A DNA stretch of 64,000 bases from Ginglymostoma cirratum (GCA_024137785.1 JAHRHZ010000041.1:15292385-15356384); one strand, 5' to 3'; shown: positions 1 to 13,802, numbered from the stretch's first letter. Notes: generated from the sequence alone by a model not told the origin. Numbers and translations are program-made.

Positions 1-1274
1 AAACTGATAATAGTGAGAGTGTCAAAAAAATGCCCACAATTTTCTATTCTTATGCAGAGGACAACAATAGCAGCAAAGGAGCAAGCCACTTTCAATGGCT
101 CAAAACTATTTTTCACTTCAAGTATTATAAGCAAAGACGACTTTGGATATTCTATGGTTATAACTACTTACATTGAACAGACAAGGTTTATAACATTTGT
201 ATACATTTAAACACAGCAGATGGTTTAAAAAAAAAATCAGCAATATTAATTCAAATGTTGTGACTTCAATGTTGTGACCTACATATTGATGAGCTTTGCA
301 GTTAATTCAATATTTATTTAGTGCCTTTGATCAGATGAATCAAACCCAACAAGAATCCCATGAATTTGCCAGAGAGTAATCAAACAGATCTAAATTTGTG
401 ACCGAAAACTCTGAAAACAATGAAGAAACCAGCATGTTACAAAAATCATCTAAACCAGAGACAAATTGATGCGAGGCATCTCCTTTCTCAGCTGCATTCC
501 CAAAGCCAGTTGACAGAATGTTATTCAGAGGCTGGATCATTTCCAAGTTGAAGGAACTATTGAAGCCAATTAGATTAAGAAGCTAGGGCCTGTCCAACCT
601 GAAGGTCAACTGACATCAATACATGCACAAGACAAGACTTGGCTCTTTTACATTTTTCTTTGAAGAATTCACACAAGGTCTAGTGAACGAAAGCAGAAAC
701 GTCTTGATATGTACAAGACCTTGAAAGACTCCCGAGTAATTCCATACGACCTTTCAGCTCAAAATCATGTCTTTGGAAGTCAGCGTTAGTGCTCTCAGTG
801 GACATACACACAATGATAAATGCGATTCTTGACCCTCAGCAGCAGACAAATGTTTTATTTTGCTCCTCTTGACATTCATCCAGCTAGTTAAGATTTCAAT
901 TACAGTATGCACCTCAAGATGTTGGAGAACAAGATGGTGCATAAATGCAAATCTTTTCCTTAATGTTTTGAGGGCAAAATCCACAAGAACCTTACTTAAA
1001 ATTTAAATGCTAAACCCATCGCCTCGACACAGTTCTTTTAATTAAACATCATATATTTAATCATTGCTGAACAGTGATGGACAATGGTGAAAATTCTCAG
1101 TGCGCTCTCAATATACAATTCAAAAAGCTACTAGCCACATAATATAATTGTAACCCAATGATCATAAATCAAGTTTTTCAGAACCAAGTCTAAATATATC
1201 TTACAAATGCACAGACACAGAGTTTACGAATCACAAAATCAAAGATTTGCCTTTCTTTTAAAGCATCTACTTGA

Positions 1275-1372
1275 CAGTGTAAATAGGTATAGGGCAGTGT
1301 TCTTTTCCTCAGTTGGAGAGCTGGCGTAGACAGGATGGGCCAAATGGTTTCGTTCTGCACTGTAACTCTGAT
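1275..1372 (+). mobile_element. Short CR1-type LINE 3' tail fragment
   Basis: ggcgtagacaggatgggccaaatggtttcgttctgcactgtaactct resembles the CR1/HE1 3' end also seen at 59400-59450 and 56990-57050. Confidence 0.5.
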
Positions 1373-2526
1373 TGCTAAGGACACAACGGTGTGTGTTTCG
1401 ACACCAAAAACAAACTGCAGTGTTTAAGTCCTCAAATCTACTTCATAGTCTGAAACTTCGTTTACATGATTGAACAGTGCTAAATTCAGGATCTTCATTA
1501 AGTGTAGCCCTTGCAGAAGCCAAAATTACAGGTCAACCACAGATTTCGAATACATCATTCCCTCTCCATCCACCTACTCATCACTGCCCTCCGTCCCTGC
1601 AAAAGGTCTGTCCAAGATATTTACAGGCTAAGAGCTAATCTGCAAAAATTGACAATACAAATAAACAGGCCTAATATTCATTGCTCCTGGGACCTAGTTT
1701 TGCCATGAACAGTTTGCTCTCAGTTGCACACAATGCAAGCTATGTCACAGGACAGGATTTCAGTCCCATCAACTATATCAGCGCTGCCACGTGTTCTCAG
1801 CAAAACAGGCAGCCTCAGGGGTAATTAGATAATTAGTCACGGTCCACAAAAGATCAAGACATCTCCCCATGACAGACAATAACTTGAGGGGTACCACTCT
1901 AAGCATAGGGAGAAGTTAGGAGGCAGGTCTATATGAACTATGGCAGAGGTAAGAGAACAGAGCGTGCACTATTGGCAACATTCTACATTAGTGTAGCCAA
2001 CGGAGCTAGATGACAACCAAAATGGAGGAGAACACAGGCAGGATTCCGGGCTGAACAGCATCTGGCCACAGTATCCAATGCTGCATTTACTGCTGATAGA
2101 GTAAGCAGATACCCAATAAAGGAAATAAAGAAAAATCAATGGAATATCACCTTCACTCACTTGGACCTGGGTCAGTTACAACACAAGACAGGCACTGAAA
2201 GATGGGAAATATTACTCGTAAGAACAGTAGATCAGAAAAAGGAACACAGGCGCTGGTAGCGGAAGTGTCACACTGGATATCAGGAGTAAATTTTACGATG
2301 GTGTCGAGATTACATTAGCTTAAGGTCATGCAGAGCTCAACAGTTTGAGAGAATCAGCACTGAATCTATGACGACTGCAGCCAAATTAATCTCTCATACG
2401 CAGTCTAAACAGTTAGAACACAAAATTATACCTTCACAATGTTCCAGCTGGTGAGCAAAATGTTAACATCTGTTAAATATCTAGGAATGGCAAATAACTT
2501 CCATTTAAACAAAACACCAAATTTCA

Positions 2527-3075
2527 GTCTTCCTTCTAGGGCAGCCCGTCAGGACAGCAGAAAACTTTCGTCCACCCTGGACTGGGTCCCGAGATAGCTG
2601 AACAATCCAATGTTCTTCCTCACATTGCACCACAGAATGGGGTGGCTGGGTGGATACTTGGCTTTTCTTCTTCCTCCTCCTGTTTTCACTTCATCTCCAT
2701 CTGTGACAGTTAGAGATATTCAAAATGATTTTTATCCCGTTTGGGTGGTTTTGGGCTGGAGATTCTCATCAGCTGATTGGGTAGTGCACCCCCTCCCTCC
2801 ACTCCACCCTGGGGAGGCTTTAAATGACATCCCGGAAGTGTTTCCTTTGCCCTCATGGTGACCACATGCTGTGACGAAGCTCTGAATAGACGGCTCGACT
2901 TGGGAGTCTGATGCTGGGCACACAGACAGAGACAAACAAACAACGTGGCCGACCATATGCAGCCGAATGATCACAACCAGGGTATCAATATTGGACTGTT
3001 TCAATGTTAGCCTGAGAGGACATTAGCTTTGGACAACCTGCCATGCCATGGGATTTGTAGGGTGCAATGGAGCCT
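2527..3075 (-). mobile_element. Decayed RTE-clade LINE 3' end (RT C-terminus and 3' UTR)
   Basis: Frameshifted minus-strand translation gives LQIPWHGRLSKANVL..QANI, RLHMVGHVV, IRLPSRAVYSELRH, GQRKHFRDV..KAS and NIGLFSYLGTQ. These match the RTE C-terminal motifs W.DR..N..VL, LRW.GHV, RLPK..LY.EL, GGQRKR.KD.LK and IGL.SH.R.H. Confidence 0.75.
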
Positions 3076-4217
3076 AGTTTCCAATTGATACATAATTCCA
3101 GTTAATACACAAAGGTTTGAATTTCAACAAGTATAAAATCAAACTCGATTGCCACTGAATCACTTCAAACTATGAACAAGGAAATAGCCAATAATCCCAA
3201 CCTTCTAATTACCACAACCTACACTATGGAGATCCAAGTGCTAGAGAGCAGCAGATATCCAAGGTGCTGGAAAGTCGTATCCGGTCACCCTGCTTTATCC
3301 AGGCTGTACAGAACAATTCACATTTACTGTCACAGCCTGCACCTACTCTTCACTTAACTGTTTTAAAAAAAAGCAATACGGCAAAGTTGGCCACAGGAGT
3401 TAATTAAAGCAATCCATTTTTGTTTTACGCGAAACATGCCCAGTACAACACTTTTCAGCTCTCAAGCACTGTCACTGGGTGAGATGCAGTCTGGAGAAAT
3501 CACAACCAAGTTCATGAAATTAAATACAGGATGTACAGGAGAAATTTCTGGAAATTTCTGTTGATGAAGCAATAGCAATATACAGAGTGGAGTGGTCTTT
3601 GTTTGAATTTGGAGAGGGAGCAGTAACATGCATTTACATAGTGCTTTTAATGTAGCTCAATATCACAAAGGCTGCAAATTTATTCCCATTTCATTGATTT
3701 CAACCCGATAGGCAGCTGGACTAAACTGGAGTAGCACAGCATCAATATATAAATTTTGGACGGATAAATTAGTGAGTACTGCCAAATTGTGAAACTGGCT
3801 CTGGTTTAACATTCAAGATTGGCCAGTGAGATTGTTTAAATGGATTAAGTTCTGACAGATTCAGTTCAGTTACTATGATGCTGATGTTCAAAGCTCCATT
3901 CACCATTGGCCTACAGAGATGAATTCTTTTGTTTGAGTTAATTACTTATTCAGCCCTTGCATTGCCAAGGTTTTCAATTAGCATTAATTGGAAGTTGGCA
4001 ATTAACAGATGGATTATAATAAATGAGAAGGCGGTTCTTCAATAAGAGTGAAACTCCCATTTGTTCAGAGGTGGAGTGGCAATTGATATTCAAGTTGCTA
4101 ACCAACTATGGCCTAAATGGGGTCATTCCCACCTGTAAAGGCCACTAAAGTCCAAAGTTGAACCCTAATTTATAGCATTTTAGCGTAACGGAGGCAGAAA
4201 TTTTAATTAGTCTCAGG

Positions 4218-4530
4218 GGTATGGTAACATATTGGTTATTATAGGACAAGTAATCCAGTAGGCCCAGACTAATGATCCAGATCCAGAACATTAATTCCCA
4301 TCACAATTAATTAAGCAAGTTTAGGAATAGAAGCTGCATCTTTGGTGACCATGAAACCACCCAAATGAGAAATCTTGTTCACTAACGTAGCCAAGGAAAG
4401 GAAATCACCCATTTTACCTTGGAGTGGACTTTGCGATGGAATACAAGAGGAACATGGTTGACTCTTAACTATTTCTGAAACAGCCTAGCAAGCCACTTAG
4501 TTGCCAACAGAACCTTCGAGGTGGCAATTA
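4218..4530 (+). mobile_element. tRNA-derived SINE, decayed copy of the family at 41608 and 63157
   Basis: Shared blocks agtaatccag, ggtgaccatgaaac, gttcactaac, tggttgactcttaact, cctagcaagccact. Confidence 0.65.
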
Positions 4531-4804
4531 GGTAAACGTGGGGGAAAAGAGAAGTAAGTTTACAACCCGAGTTTTGGATTTGGGTATTGGGTTCACCTTT
4601 GATGTGACTATTTGACACATCACACACAAACCCAGATCAAACAAGACTGCAGTTGGAAATGGTACAAGAGAGAATGACTAGTACCTTTTCAATGGGTTAA
4701 GTTCAAGACAGGACAACTAACAGTTCAGAAAGAGCCGTGAATATGCCTACATGTAATTCAGCGAGGAAACTTGGTATGGGTTTTTTTTTTTTATAAACCT
4801 AAAA

Positions 4805-4965
4805 GTTGGGAACAGGAAAATGCCATTTGACCCCATGAGCCTGCTCTGCTTTGCAAAAAGGTCACGGCTACCCCGCTGGTAACTTCTGTCTCCCTTGTTG
4901 ATCAAGAATCCATCCACCTCCACCTTAAAACTATTTGGCAGTTGTACCAGAGCTCTTCCCACATA
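4805..4965 (-). mobile_element. CR1 LINE 3' fragment
   Basis: gccatttgaccccatgagcctgctctgc ... tccacctccaccttaaaactatt, the reverse complement of a CR1 3' end. Confidence 0.5.
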
Positions 4966-6504
4966 CATGTTGATGATGCATTAATCACCATAATTGTATA
5001 GATCATTGGCTGTTTTCCTGTAACTATATGTTCTTCATAATGTCTCTCTTTGAAATAACGAAATAGGGCATTCACTTAACAGTCAAGGAGCCCAGTGATT
5101 CTCAGCTTCTCAGGCAATATCTTTTCCTGTTCATTTTTCATATAGGTATGGGCGAGGCCAAATATGTGACCTGAATGCAGCATTGCTTATATAATAATTC
5201 ACAAAATAATCCAGTGGTAGCATCATGCTTTAAAATAATTTAAATTTCTGTGAAGGTATTATATTAGTAAGCAAAGTAATCACATTAAAACGATTCCATG
5301 TTGTCTACGTAAGAGAACACTACATCAAATGGTTAGTGTATTGGGTAACTATAGATACAATTGTTGGGCATTTTATCACATTCATATTTGTATGTCACAT
5401 GAAAGTATATTTTAACTTCTTTAGGTTAATGATAATTCTAAGCATTGGTAAAAAGAAAAGCAGCAAACTAATGCATTAGTGGTGCTAATGTTTGCCAAAT
5501 CAAAATCAGAGGGGACAATTTATTCATATTGTACCTTTGTTTGAGCCCTATGTAGTAAAAAATCAAACAGTGCCACACAAATACAGATCAGTCAGCAATT
5601 ATCTTTGACCAACATCAGTCTAAGGTCAGTCATAAAAGACTGTCCTTCAGGGAAACAAGAATAAATACCCACGGCGGGGGGGGGGTGAAAATCAGCAGTA
5701 CAACAACCTTAAGTACTGAAGTAATTAAGATTGTTATTTCTGGCCAATGCAAAAAATTAAATTAACTTACTATTCACTGGGGCAAGTGGACAGATGCATC
5801 TTATTTAAGCCAACTACAAGGCATTGGAAGGAAAACAAAATTCCACAGCTCAGTAACACCATGTGAATGGTATGCACACTTACTAAAGATGTGAGCTCCA
5901 AGGTTTCAATTCTACTCCAGATTAGTCCCACATTCCATTACCAACCTACAAGATTTTAACCTTACAAACGAGTGCCACACAAAGGAGTGATGGCCAGCTG
6001 CTGATGCATTCTGCACACCAGGTTTCTACTGAAATCAGCATTTTATCTGTTGTCATGCAGGATTAAGGTGGCTGAAGGAGATGTGAGGCCACACAAAGTA
6101 GCAGTACCAACGTTTATGTTCACATTGTAAAACAAAATTACCACCTCAAATCAGAGGTGCTGCTTTTTCATCACCTTGACATGGTCAGACTAAATGATAA
6201 ATTTCATTCAGGCACAGGACCAAATGCAACAGCTGGGGTGCTGTTTGCTGCAGTGTTTACAGACCTATTCAAAAAGGGCTTTACATAGGCCAGAAGCACT
6301 TAGTACAATGGACTGCATGCACACTGGGGATTAATTCAAAATCTCAACATTGCATAACACAGCTGTTCCTCTAATTTACAGTAAAGTGAACTACATAAAC
6401 TCCAAACAGAAGCCAACTCTCCTGCACCCCTTCGACATAAAACACTGAAGAGGTTCGCCAGTGGTTGGTTAGAGTTTGAGACTCAAAGCCACTATTGCCA
6501 GTCA

Positions 6505-6930
6505 CGCTAATATAACATCCTTAACAAAGGGAATCATCTCAATTGAGCATTCACAAGCACATTGCCAAGGAACAGCTGAGACACCAAACCACCAAGGGAG
6601 GTGACCAAAAGTTTGATCAATGAGGTCCTAGAGGGAAAACTAATTAAAAGGAATACTCAGAAACGAGTGTACTGGTTCTATTGGAGCTCTATTTTGAGTT
6701 AATCAAGATGAGTCTGACCAGAATGCATCACTCAAGTTTCATGGTTTCTCTCTTCTGGAGAAAGCTTTCAGGAGTGCTTTGAAAAAAGGAGGATGGGCTG
6801 AGGGAGGAGATTCCAGAGTTTAGGATCTTGGCAACTGAAGGCATAGCATCCAATTGTGAAGTGATTAAAACCAGCAATGCAAAAGATGAACTGGGAGTTC
6901 AGAGATTTGAGGGCTGTTGGGGTTACAGAT
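6505..6930 (-). mobile_element. L2 LINE 3' fragment
   Basis: ORF 6768..6995(-) contains IGCYAFSCQDPKLWNLLPQP, the L2 C-terminal G.RAFS...P.LWN.LP motif. Confidence 0.65.
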
Positions 6931-9589
6931 ATAAAGTCAAATAAAATGATGCACAAAAGGACACTATACTTTTCATCCCATAGATAAAATGCCAAGCTTT
7001 GTAGCCTTGACTATCCATAAACTTTTTGAACAACGTGATTGAGTTATTAAATCCACAATTACATACATTATCAAGCTGGGAGTATAAAGAGTGATGGGCT
7101 AATTGGAATTTAACCCCTCAAGAGGGGCATTATTTACAGGAAACTGCACAATAACAATTATAACTTGGACACTTCAAGCAAATTTTAATAATAAACACTC
7201 AACATTTATCACACTTCAACTATTAAAGATTCCAACTTGATAACCCTCTATCCTAACATTTTCACTGAAATCAACGTTTCATCTTGTGCCTGAGGATTAC
7301 AGGTCACACAGGAGAAGCACATGTTTAGATTTCAAGCACTACATTGTGATAAGTAATTTTCCGCACATATATATTGGAGGTGGATATTGGTCAATTCTTT
7401 TTCGTGCTTTGCAAAGATGTCATGCCCTTATGTGAACTAAACACCCAAGACGACCCTGATTTAGGAAGGGCATGTCTCTAGTAAAAAAATCATTCCTTTC
7501 GCTGACACTGGATTGGAGGTGTAATGGTGCGTTGAACAGTTTTTGCAAGGCCTTAACTTGCATCTTGCAGGGCATCTCCAACAGCTTCGCTTCTTCCAAT
7601 ATAGACCATTCCCTGAAATCCTGTTGAACATCATCTCACCTCCTCAGCGTTATTGAAAGAAAATTTCCAGATTGCTCAACCAGGGCACTTTCCTGAAGAA
7701 AAAGCAAGGGGAGCATAACAAAATCTCTTTTCAAACTTTTGAGACTGAGCCCTGCTGCGAGGAAAGTGACTCCACATAAACACTCTGCCTGGGAGACCAG
7801 AATCTTTTGTTTGGCGGGGGGGCGGGGCCCCCGGCCGCGGCGGGTGGAGAGAGACACAGATTTTAAAAAAAAAAAGAAGAAAAAAAGATTTGTATAACTC
7901 CAAATAAAAAGAGTAAACCAAACACACATAGCTGACCCACACTAGTATGTTTGGAATTGGATCCTTGATGCTGATGGTCATCATGGGAGTACTTGTAATT
8001 TGTGCATGCACTTGAAGGCAAATGTAGGGAGCTGTGCTCATTGACTGTCTGTACAAAGCGTGATTGATAACTCCAACTCCTCCAGTGAAACTTGTTTTAC
8101 CAATCGACTCAATCTGCTTTGGTTGACTGGGGCAAAAGAGGTCAGTAAATACTGCAGAGCCTTAAACTAACTTCCGCAAAAACATTACCTTTTATCTAAG
8201 CATACCGAACACAAACTACATACACGTCACAATTTCACCTCTGCCAGGAGGCTGCTATAGAAATGTCTCCTAGTCATCAAGTGGCCTTGCATCACCGATG
8301 GAGACTATTTACATACGCACACCAAATCAATATTATCAAAGGCAAATTCGACTGAGAGTCTTTTAAGTTGAGGATCAGCATGTGATTCTGGAAACCAAAA
8401 GCCTTTTCAATTACATGCTCAGTAAATTTTAGTTAAAAATTGGAAGCACAATGTACATACACAGTTGCAACAAAAACAGGCAGAAGTGAAAAATGGGGTC
8501 AACTCTTCAGAAGGTGACACTGAACAGCTGCTGAACTTGCTTTTACAGTCTTGCTTATAACAGTACTTCAGCAGCACATTAATAAAATGGGGCTTAAACC
8601 TCTAGAGACTGTAAAGCACATTTAAAAACGTGTGGTTTGCACGCACACATCCAGAGAAATTGCAATGAGTGTGTAAATGGTCCTTCCATAAGTAGGTGAC
8701 GACAGCTTTTCTTGCATTGGAGTGATTCAGTGTACATTTTATAGCAAGGAGACATACAATGCCATCGTCTGTAACATCCCTACACTTCTGTTGGTACAGA
8801 ACTAGGGTAGATAGAAATGGGGTAAATTTCATAGCACCAAATCTGCGGTGTTCAAAGTGGCAATGCAACATAAATACTATTAAGTTAATTACATGCCCTG
8901 ATTAAATTGTTGGTCATTATTAATACTCAAGAAAAATGCACTTAAATACATTGTACATAACCCTCACATGCTCCTCAGGACTTTTTTTAATCTTACGAAG
9001 TGGAGTGCAACTGCCTCAACAAACAGGAAGGGTCCACGTCAGCAACGTGTCAGTCTGCCTTCCAATTCAGGAAACGGTCATTCAATTGGAAAACTCACAG
9101 CAATTATTGAAGGACCATTAGTTCAGCTTTATCCGAGGGATCTTAAAACTCGAGAATCCCTTTGAGACTGTCAATGTGTGACGTGTATGCAATAGTCAAA
9201 ACCTCACTGCTAATTGATCCGCTCCCATACAAAAGGTAGTCAGAGTCTTCGATCCCAGACAATATTTATTCAGGGAGAAAGGAGGGGACTGGATACAGTC
9301 AAAAATGAATTCAGAAACCAAGCTCACGTTACTCGTCAACAGACAATGCCTGGGAGATGCTGCCAATGCTAGATTGTCATTTCAATAGGCAGGAAGTAAT
9401 TTTATTTCATGCTCAGCTTCTTATATCCCAACTTTCCTAATTAATAGCCTCCTCTTTTAATCATCCACATCTTTCTTTTATCATGTAGTTTGATGCCATT
9501 CCACAAGTTGGCAGACGTGTTGAGGGCAGGACAAGGAACTATCTTATGGCTTGCTCCTCAAAGTGACACTATTCATTATGCATTTTTAC

Positions 9590-9706
9590 TAAGGGGACTC
9601 TTGTAGTGCTGTGGTCACGTCCCTACCTCTGGGCCAGAACAGCTGGGTCTCACCTGCTCCAGAGATTGTCATAACATGTCTGAACAGGTTGATGTAAAAA
9701 TATCTG
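9590..9706 (+). mobile_element. Short tRNA-like SINE
   Basis: gtagtgctgtggtcacgtccctacctctgggccag...cacctgctccagag...tctgaacaggttgat: decayed A/B-box head and short body. Confidence 0.45.
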
Positions 9707-9740
9707 AACTAATATGGAGGTGAGGACTAGTTTACCTTGA

Positions 9741-10527
9741 TGTACGTGCTTTAACTAAAAGGGTCACTTGTTCGTTGTTAATTTGCCTTCAGTAGAAGGC
9801 TTAAAAGAAAAATATTAAACTTGTAGTCTGATCCGATGTAGCGTTTGCACGTTTACATTTTAGAGCATCCCAGATTCTAACGCATCTAGTGTAGAGATCT
9901 TCCAGATTTTTATAACTCCACTCAGTGGTATTTATATTCAGTGATGTGTAGCTTCAGTACAGCATCACAAGGTTGCTCCAGGGTCCTGAAGCCATTATTG
10001 TATGTCATGAGTGCTAAAGACATGAAAACCATTGTGAATCAACAGTATTGCATAGTGAGATAGTTGATTACTTTCCTCAGATGGTGACACTTGGTTCCGT
10101 TAAGCCACAACCCGAATATAGTGGTGAACCGTGAGAGATCTGGCACAACCTGCCCACTAGGTATGGTCCGTCCAAGGGAAAACCACTGATGCTAATTGGT
10201 TCCTGTATCGAAACCAACTTTGTTGTTTGATATCACGGCAAAATGTCAGACTTTCCAACGGTTGCTTGGGCTTTAACGTAATAGCCAAGAGATAGTTTTT
10301 TGTTCAAACATCAGAAAAGGCTGTGCTCATTAAATCCTCAAATGTTACAGACTATGGATGATTCATTCTGCTTCTGATTAACTTTGCTTTAAACAATCTC
10401 TCAGAATTATTGGTAACAAAGTAAACGTTACCTTAATAATCCACCAAGTTTAATATTTTTCTTTTAAGTGTTCTACTGAAAGCACATTAACAACGAACAA
10501 GTGACCCTTTTAGTTAAAGCACATACA
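9741..10527. repeat. 83-bp inverted repeat pair (9741-9823 and 10445-10527) around a 621-bp spacer
   Basis: Direct comparison shows 78/83 reverse-complement identity. Confidence 0.95.
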
Positions 10528-10824
10528 GCTTTTATTAGAAATTTCGTTATTACTTGATACCTCACCTAACAGACACACTGTTTAGTCATCAAGTTTTACT
10601 TTGACATCTTTATCAGTAAAATTTACAGCTCACTTTCCCTTTTATCAAAACCAAACACTTGTGGGAGAAGACTAATGAGGTCTTGTTTCCCCCCACCCGC
10701 CCACACAAACCAATTTTAGTGTTCTTAATTAAATTGGATGTCAAATCACTAATGACTTAATCCCTCTGTTCTTGTGCCCACCTATGAGAAAGCCCAGCTG
10801 ACGGGCTCCATGATATCCTGTGAG

Positions 10825-11260
10825 TCAGAGTCAGACTCAAAGAGATGTACAGTATGGAAACAAACCCTTTGGTCCACATTGTCCATGCTGACCAAAATAT
10901 CCTAAATTAATCTAGCCCCATTTGCCCCAGTTCCATCTAAACCTTTTCTATTCAAACGCCTTTTAAATGTTGCCATCGTACCAGCCTCCACCACTTTTCT
11001 ATACACATACCACCCTCTACGTGAAAAAGCTGCCTCTTTCAAATCTTTCCCCTCTCACCTTAAAACTAAGCCTCCTAGTTTTGATCTCCCATACCCTGGG
11101 GAAAAGGCATTAACTATTAACCCTATGCGTGCTCTTCGTGATTTTACAAACTTCTATAAAGGTCACCCATCAGCCTCCAATGCTCCAGGGAAGACAGACC
11201 CAGCCTATTTAGCCTCTCCCTACAGCTCAAAGCCTCCAGCCTGGGAGCATCCTGAAAATG
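10825..11260 (-). mobile_element. CR1 (HER1-like) LINE 3' fragment
   Basis: Ends in gagtcagagtcag-type tail repeats plus acagtatggaaacaaaccctttggtccac; body (gattttacaaacttctataaaggtcaccc, cccagcctatt) shared with 45020-45195 and 61085-61620. Confidence 0.75.
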
Positions 11261-12574
11261 CTAACTCCAGAAAGAAAGATCAACATAGAAGGACTTCTAA
11301 ACATTTCTGCTAGAAACTCAAGTCAGACGGACTTGAAATTGTTTTTGATTTGTATTTGGATTTGCATGAATGTAGTTCCTTCAAATACACACAATCAGTT
11401 CCACTCAATTAAGACCCAATTACAAGATACTGGAGAACACTATTTCAAATGCAGCATATTACGTTAAAACTAAACCCAAAGATTAGGTTCCCTACCCCAT
11501 GAAGAGCAGAGATCAATGTCCCAACAGCACAAACAGTAATAAGAGGACAGTAGCACAATGAGTTAGAGGTTCTCTATCTTGAGTGTTGCCGACCTGAGAC
11601 AACTTAAAATATGAAGGAGGTATAGATTCATGACTCAACTCTGCCAAATTCCTACTTTCAAGAAAAGATAAAGCAAGTGCTGTTTCACCTTATGAACTTC
11701 ATTATCTTTATGAATTGATTTTAGGACCAGAAAATCTTTAAAAGACCTAGGATTTTAAGAACTTGATTCTAGATACTGATATGGTAGCTAGAAAAGATAC
11801 CTGGCAGACTCTTGGAATCAGTAATTGTGCTTCTCTGCATTTTTCATCAGTTGACAAGCTCCCAATTTTAACCACCACCAACGTAGCATCTTACCCACAT
11901 AGCAATCAATCAGTTGTACAGTGGCAGAGAACTGGAGACATGTATATAATCCTGTGGACAGGCTGTCTGCATGACAGGACCAGCACAGTGAGGGAAAATA
12001 ATACTGAGTGCAAGCAGGGAGACAAGGTAAGCGATTTTGATGTGTACGGTGTTCGGATCATTATACAAATTGAGAGAGACAAGGAATGACATTGAGTTAT
12101 GCAATATCAAGTTACCAACAACTACCTTGACAACTTGAACCTTCCAAGTTCAATTTCCAAGACTTGTCATTCTGTTTAATGTGATTCGATGAAACACAGG
12201 AATTTCAAATTGATTCATTATTTGAAATTGGATGGGAATCAGGCAATTATCCAAATAGAAAAAGATTTACAGGGCTGCTAGGAGTTGATTAGCTGAGTTC
12301 TTGCAGCCTACCAACACCGTAGTATATAGCAAGATTCAACATTTTGTTGTATTCCCTCCTCTGCTGCCCCATCTGTTGGGAGGCGTAAATGAAGTTAGTT
12401 CAATCATAGCTGCCTATAGTTGAGTGTCCACCTTACTCAGCGCAATGCATATCCTAGAAATAGGATAGGATATTTCTAGGCTCTGTGAAACTTCCTTTTA
12501 TATTTCAGTTGAAAAATTATAGACTGAACGACACGGTGACATTTTAACGGATTTGTGAAATCATTTTTAAAAAC

Positions 12575-12760
12575 AATCCCCATTGGCCTGGGGAATATTT
12601 AGTCATTAAAAAATATCACAAAAACAGATAACCTGGTCATTTATCGCATTCACATTTGCAGGAGTTTACGGAGTATCAAATAGGCTGCCACATACAAGCA
12701 ACCACATCTCAAAAAGTACTTTGTTGATCATCACTGCGATGAAATTTGGGCAGTCACAAG
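12575..12760 (+). mobile_element. Decayed Deu-domain SINE (SacSINE1-like)
   Basis: cctggggaatattta..aaaacagataacctggtcatttatcgcatt..aaataggctgcc..tcaaaaagtactt follows the Deu-SINE body as I recall it; a second copy lies at 28440 (-). Confidence 0.5.
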
Positions 12761-13732
12761 TGAAAAATGATTTTCACATATTTCTAAAAGGATTCAACTC
12801 TAATTTAACACTTTGCTTTTTCTCCAAAAGGAATCAGGCTTTATTTGCTCAATCTGAAAAGTCAGCAGTCCTCGGTGCTTATCTTTAGAAGTGTGCAGAT
12901 TTAGCAAAAATCCCATGTAAATGGTCTACCTGCAAATTATGTAAAAATTCTTTGTTCCAAGTACACTGAATTACCAAAGGGTCTACGAGTATTTTGGGAC
13001 ATTAATAGAAAAGCAAACTTGTGAGTAGTCATAAGGAAGCAGATATCAGCCTACGTATATCGCAACACTCTACTGCATCAAGAGGCAAGTTATATAAGCG
13101 ATCTGATGAGGCTTATCAAGGTAATGTTAAAATCAATACAGTCAACCCTAATAAAAGTGAATAGATAATTGATTTAAGCCAAAGAAAGCAATATTTTCTT
13201 GCCTGAAGATTTTCAACAGTCAAATTTTTGTTCTTGTAATAAAGTAGGCACACTTGCACTGCTTCCCAGGTTTAAATCTTGCATTCTGTTATCACTCCTG
13301 TCACTGAGCGACATCAGTTCTGTGCAGTTGTATACTTCCCATTTGCAATCTTTAGCACTGCAAAAGGTTCAAGGCAATAATTCGCTTTGGTCCTGTATAT
13401 ATTCCAAATTCTTCCAAAGGGAAGCAAGCTCTCTTTTGCTGCAAATGTGGAACCATATTTGGAATGGCAAGGGACCCAATGGAATTTGATGTTATCTTTC
13501 TTCATTTCGCCTTTACACCCACACTATGAAAAGGACTCCAGTGTTTAAAATATGAATGTTCTAGAACTCCAGCACCAACTGCTGTTACACTGACTTCACC
13601 GGTGTTTCAGTGTTGGGTACGATGCTAGCCTGGAAGCAAAGCAGTTTTGTACACAAGATACCAAAGTGCTTCCTTTTACAATGCCAGTGAAAGATTCCAA
13701 TGCAAACAAGGTTCCCAAGAGGAATCATGGGG

Positions 13733-13802
13733 CTCAAAACACTAACACTCTCTCTTTCTCTTCACCAATGCTGCCAGTCCTGCTGAGTTTCTCCAGCTGT
13801 TA
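13733..13802 (+). mobile_element. PLE pseudo-LTR fragment (family B)
   Basis: atgctgccagtcctgctgagtttctccagc matches 36750-36778. Confidence 0.6.

Noticed and set aside
254-278. Short tandem duplication aatgttgtgac x2; also gaaatttctg x2 at 3541
   Set aside because: Ordinary slippage duplications; not CRISPR-like, with no spacers and a eukaryotic context.
330-990. Coding-like stretch with EFARE and YVQDLERL, vaguely gag-like
   Set aside because: Multiple stops in every frame and too few motif residues to assign.
10185-10216. ctgatg...cgaaac, a hammerhead-like spacing
   Set aside because: The core reads CTGATGC rather than CTGANGA, with no stem II or NUH in register.
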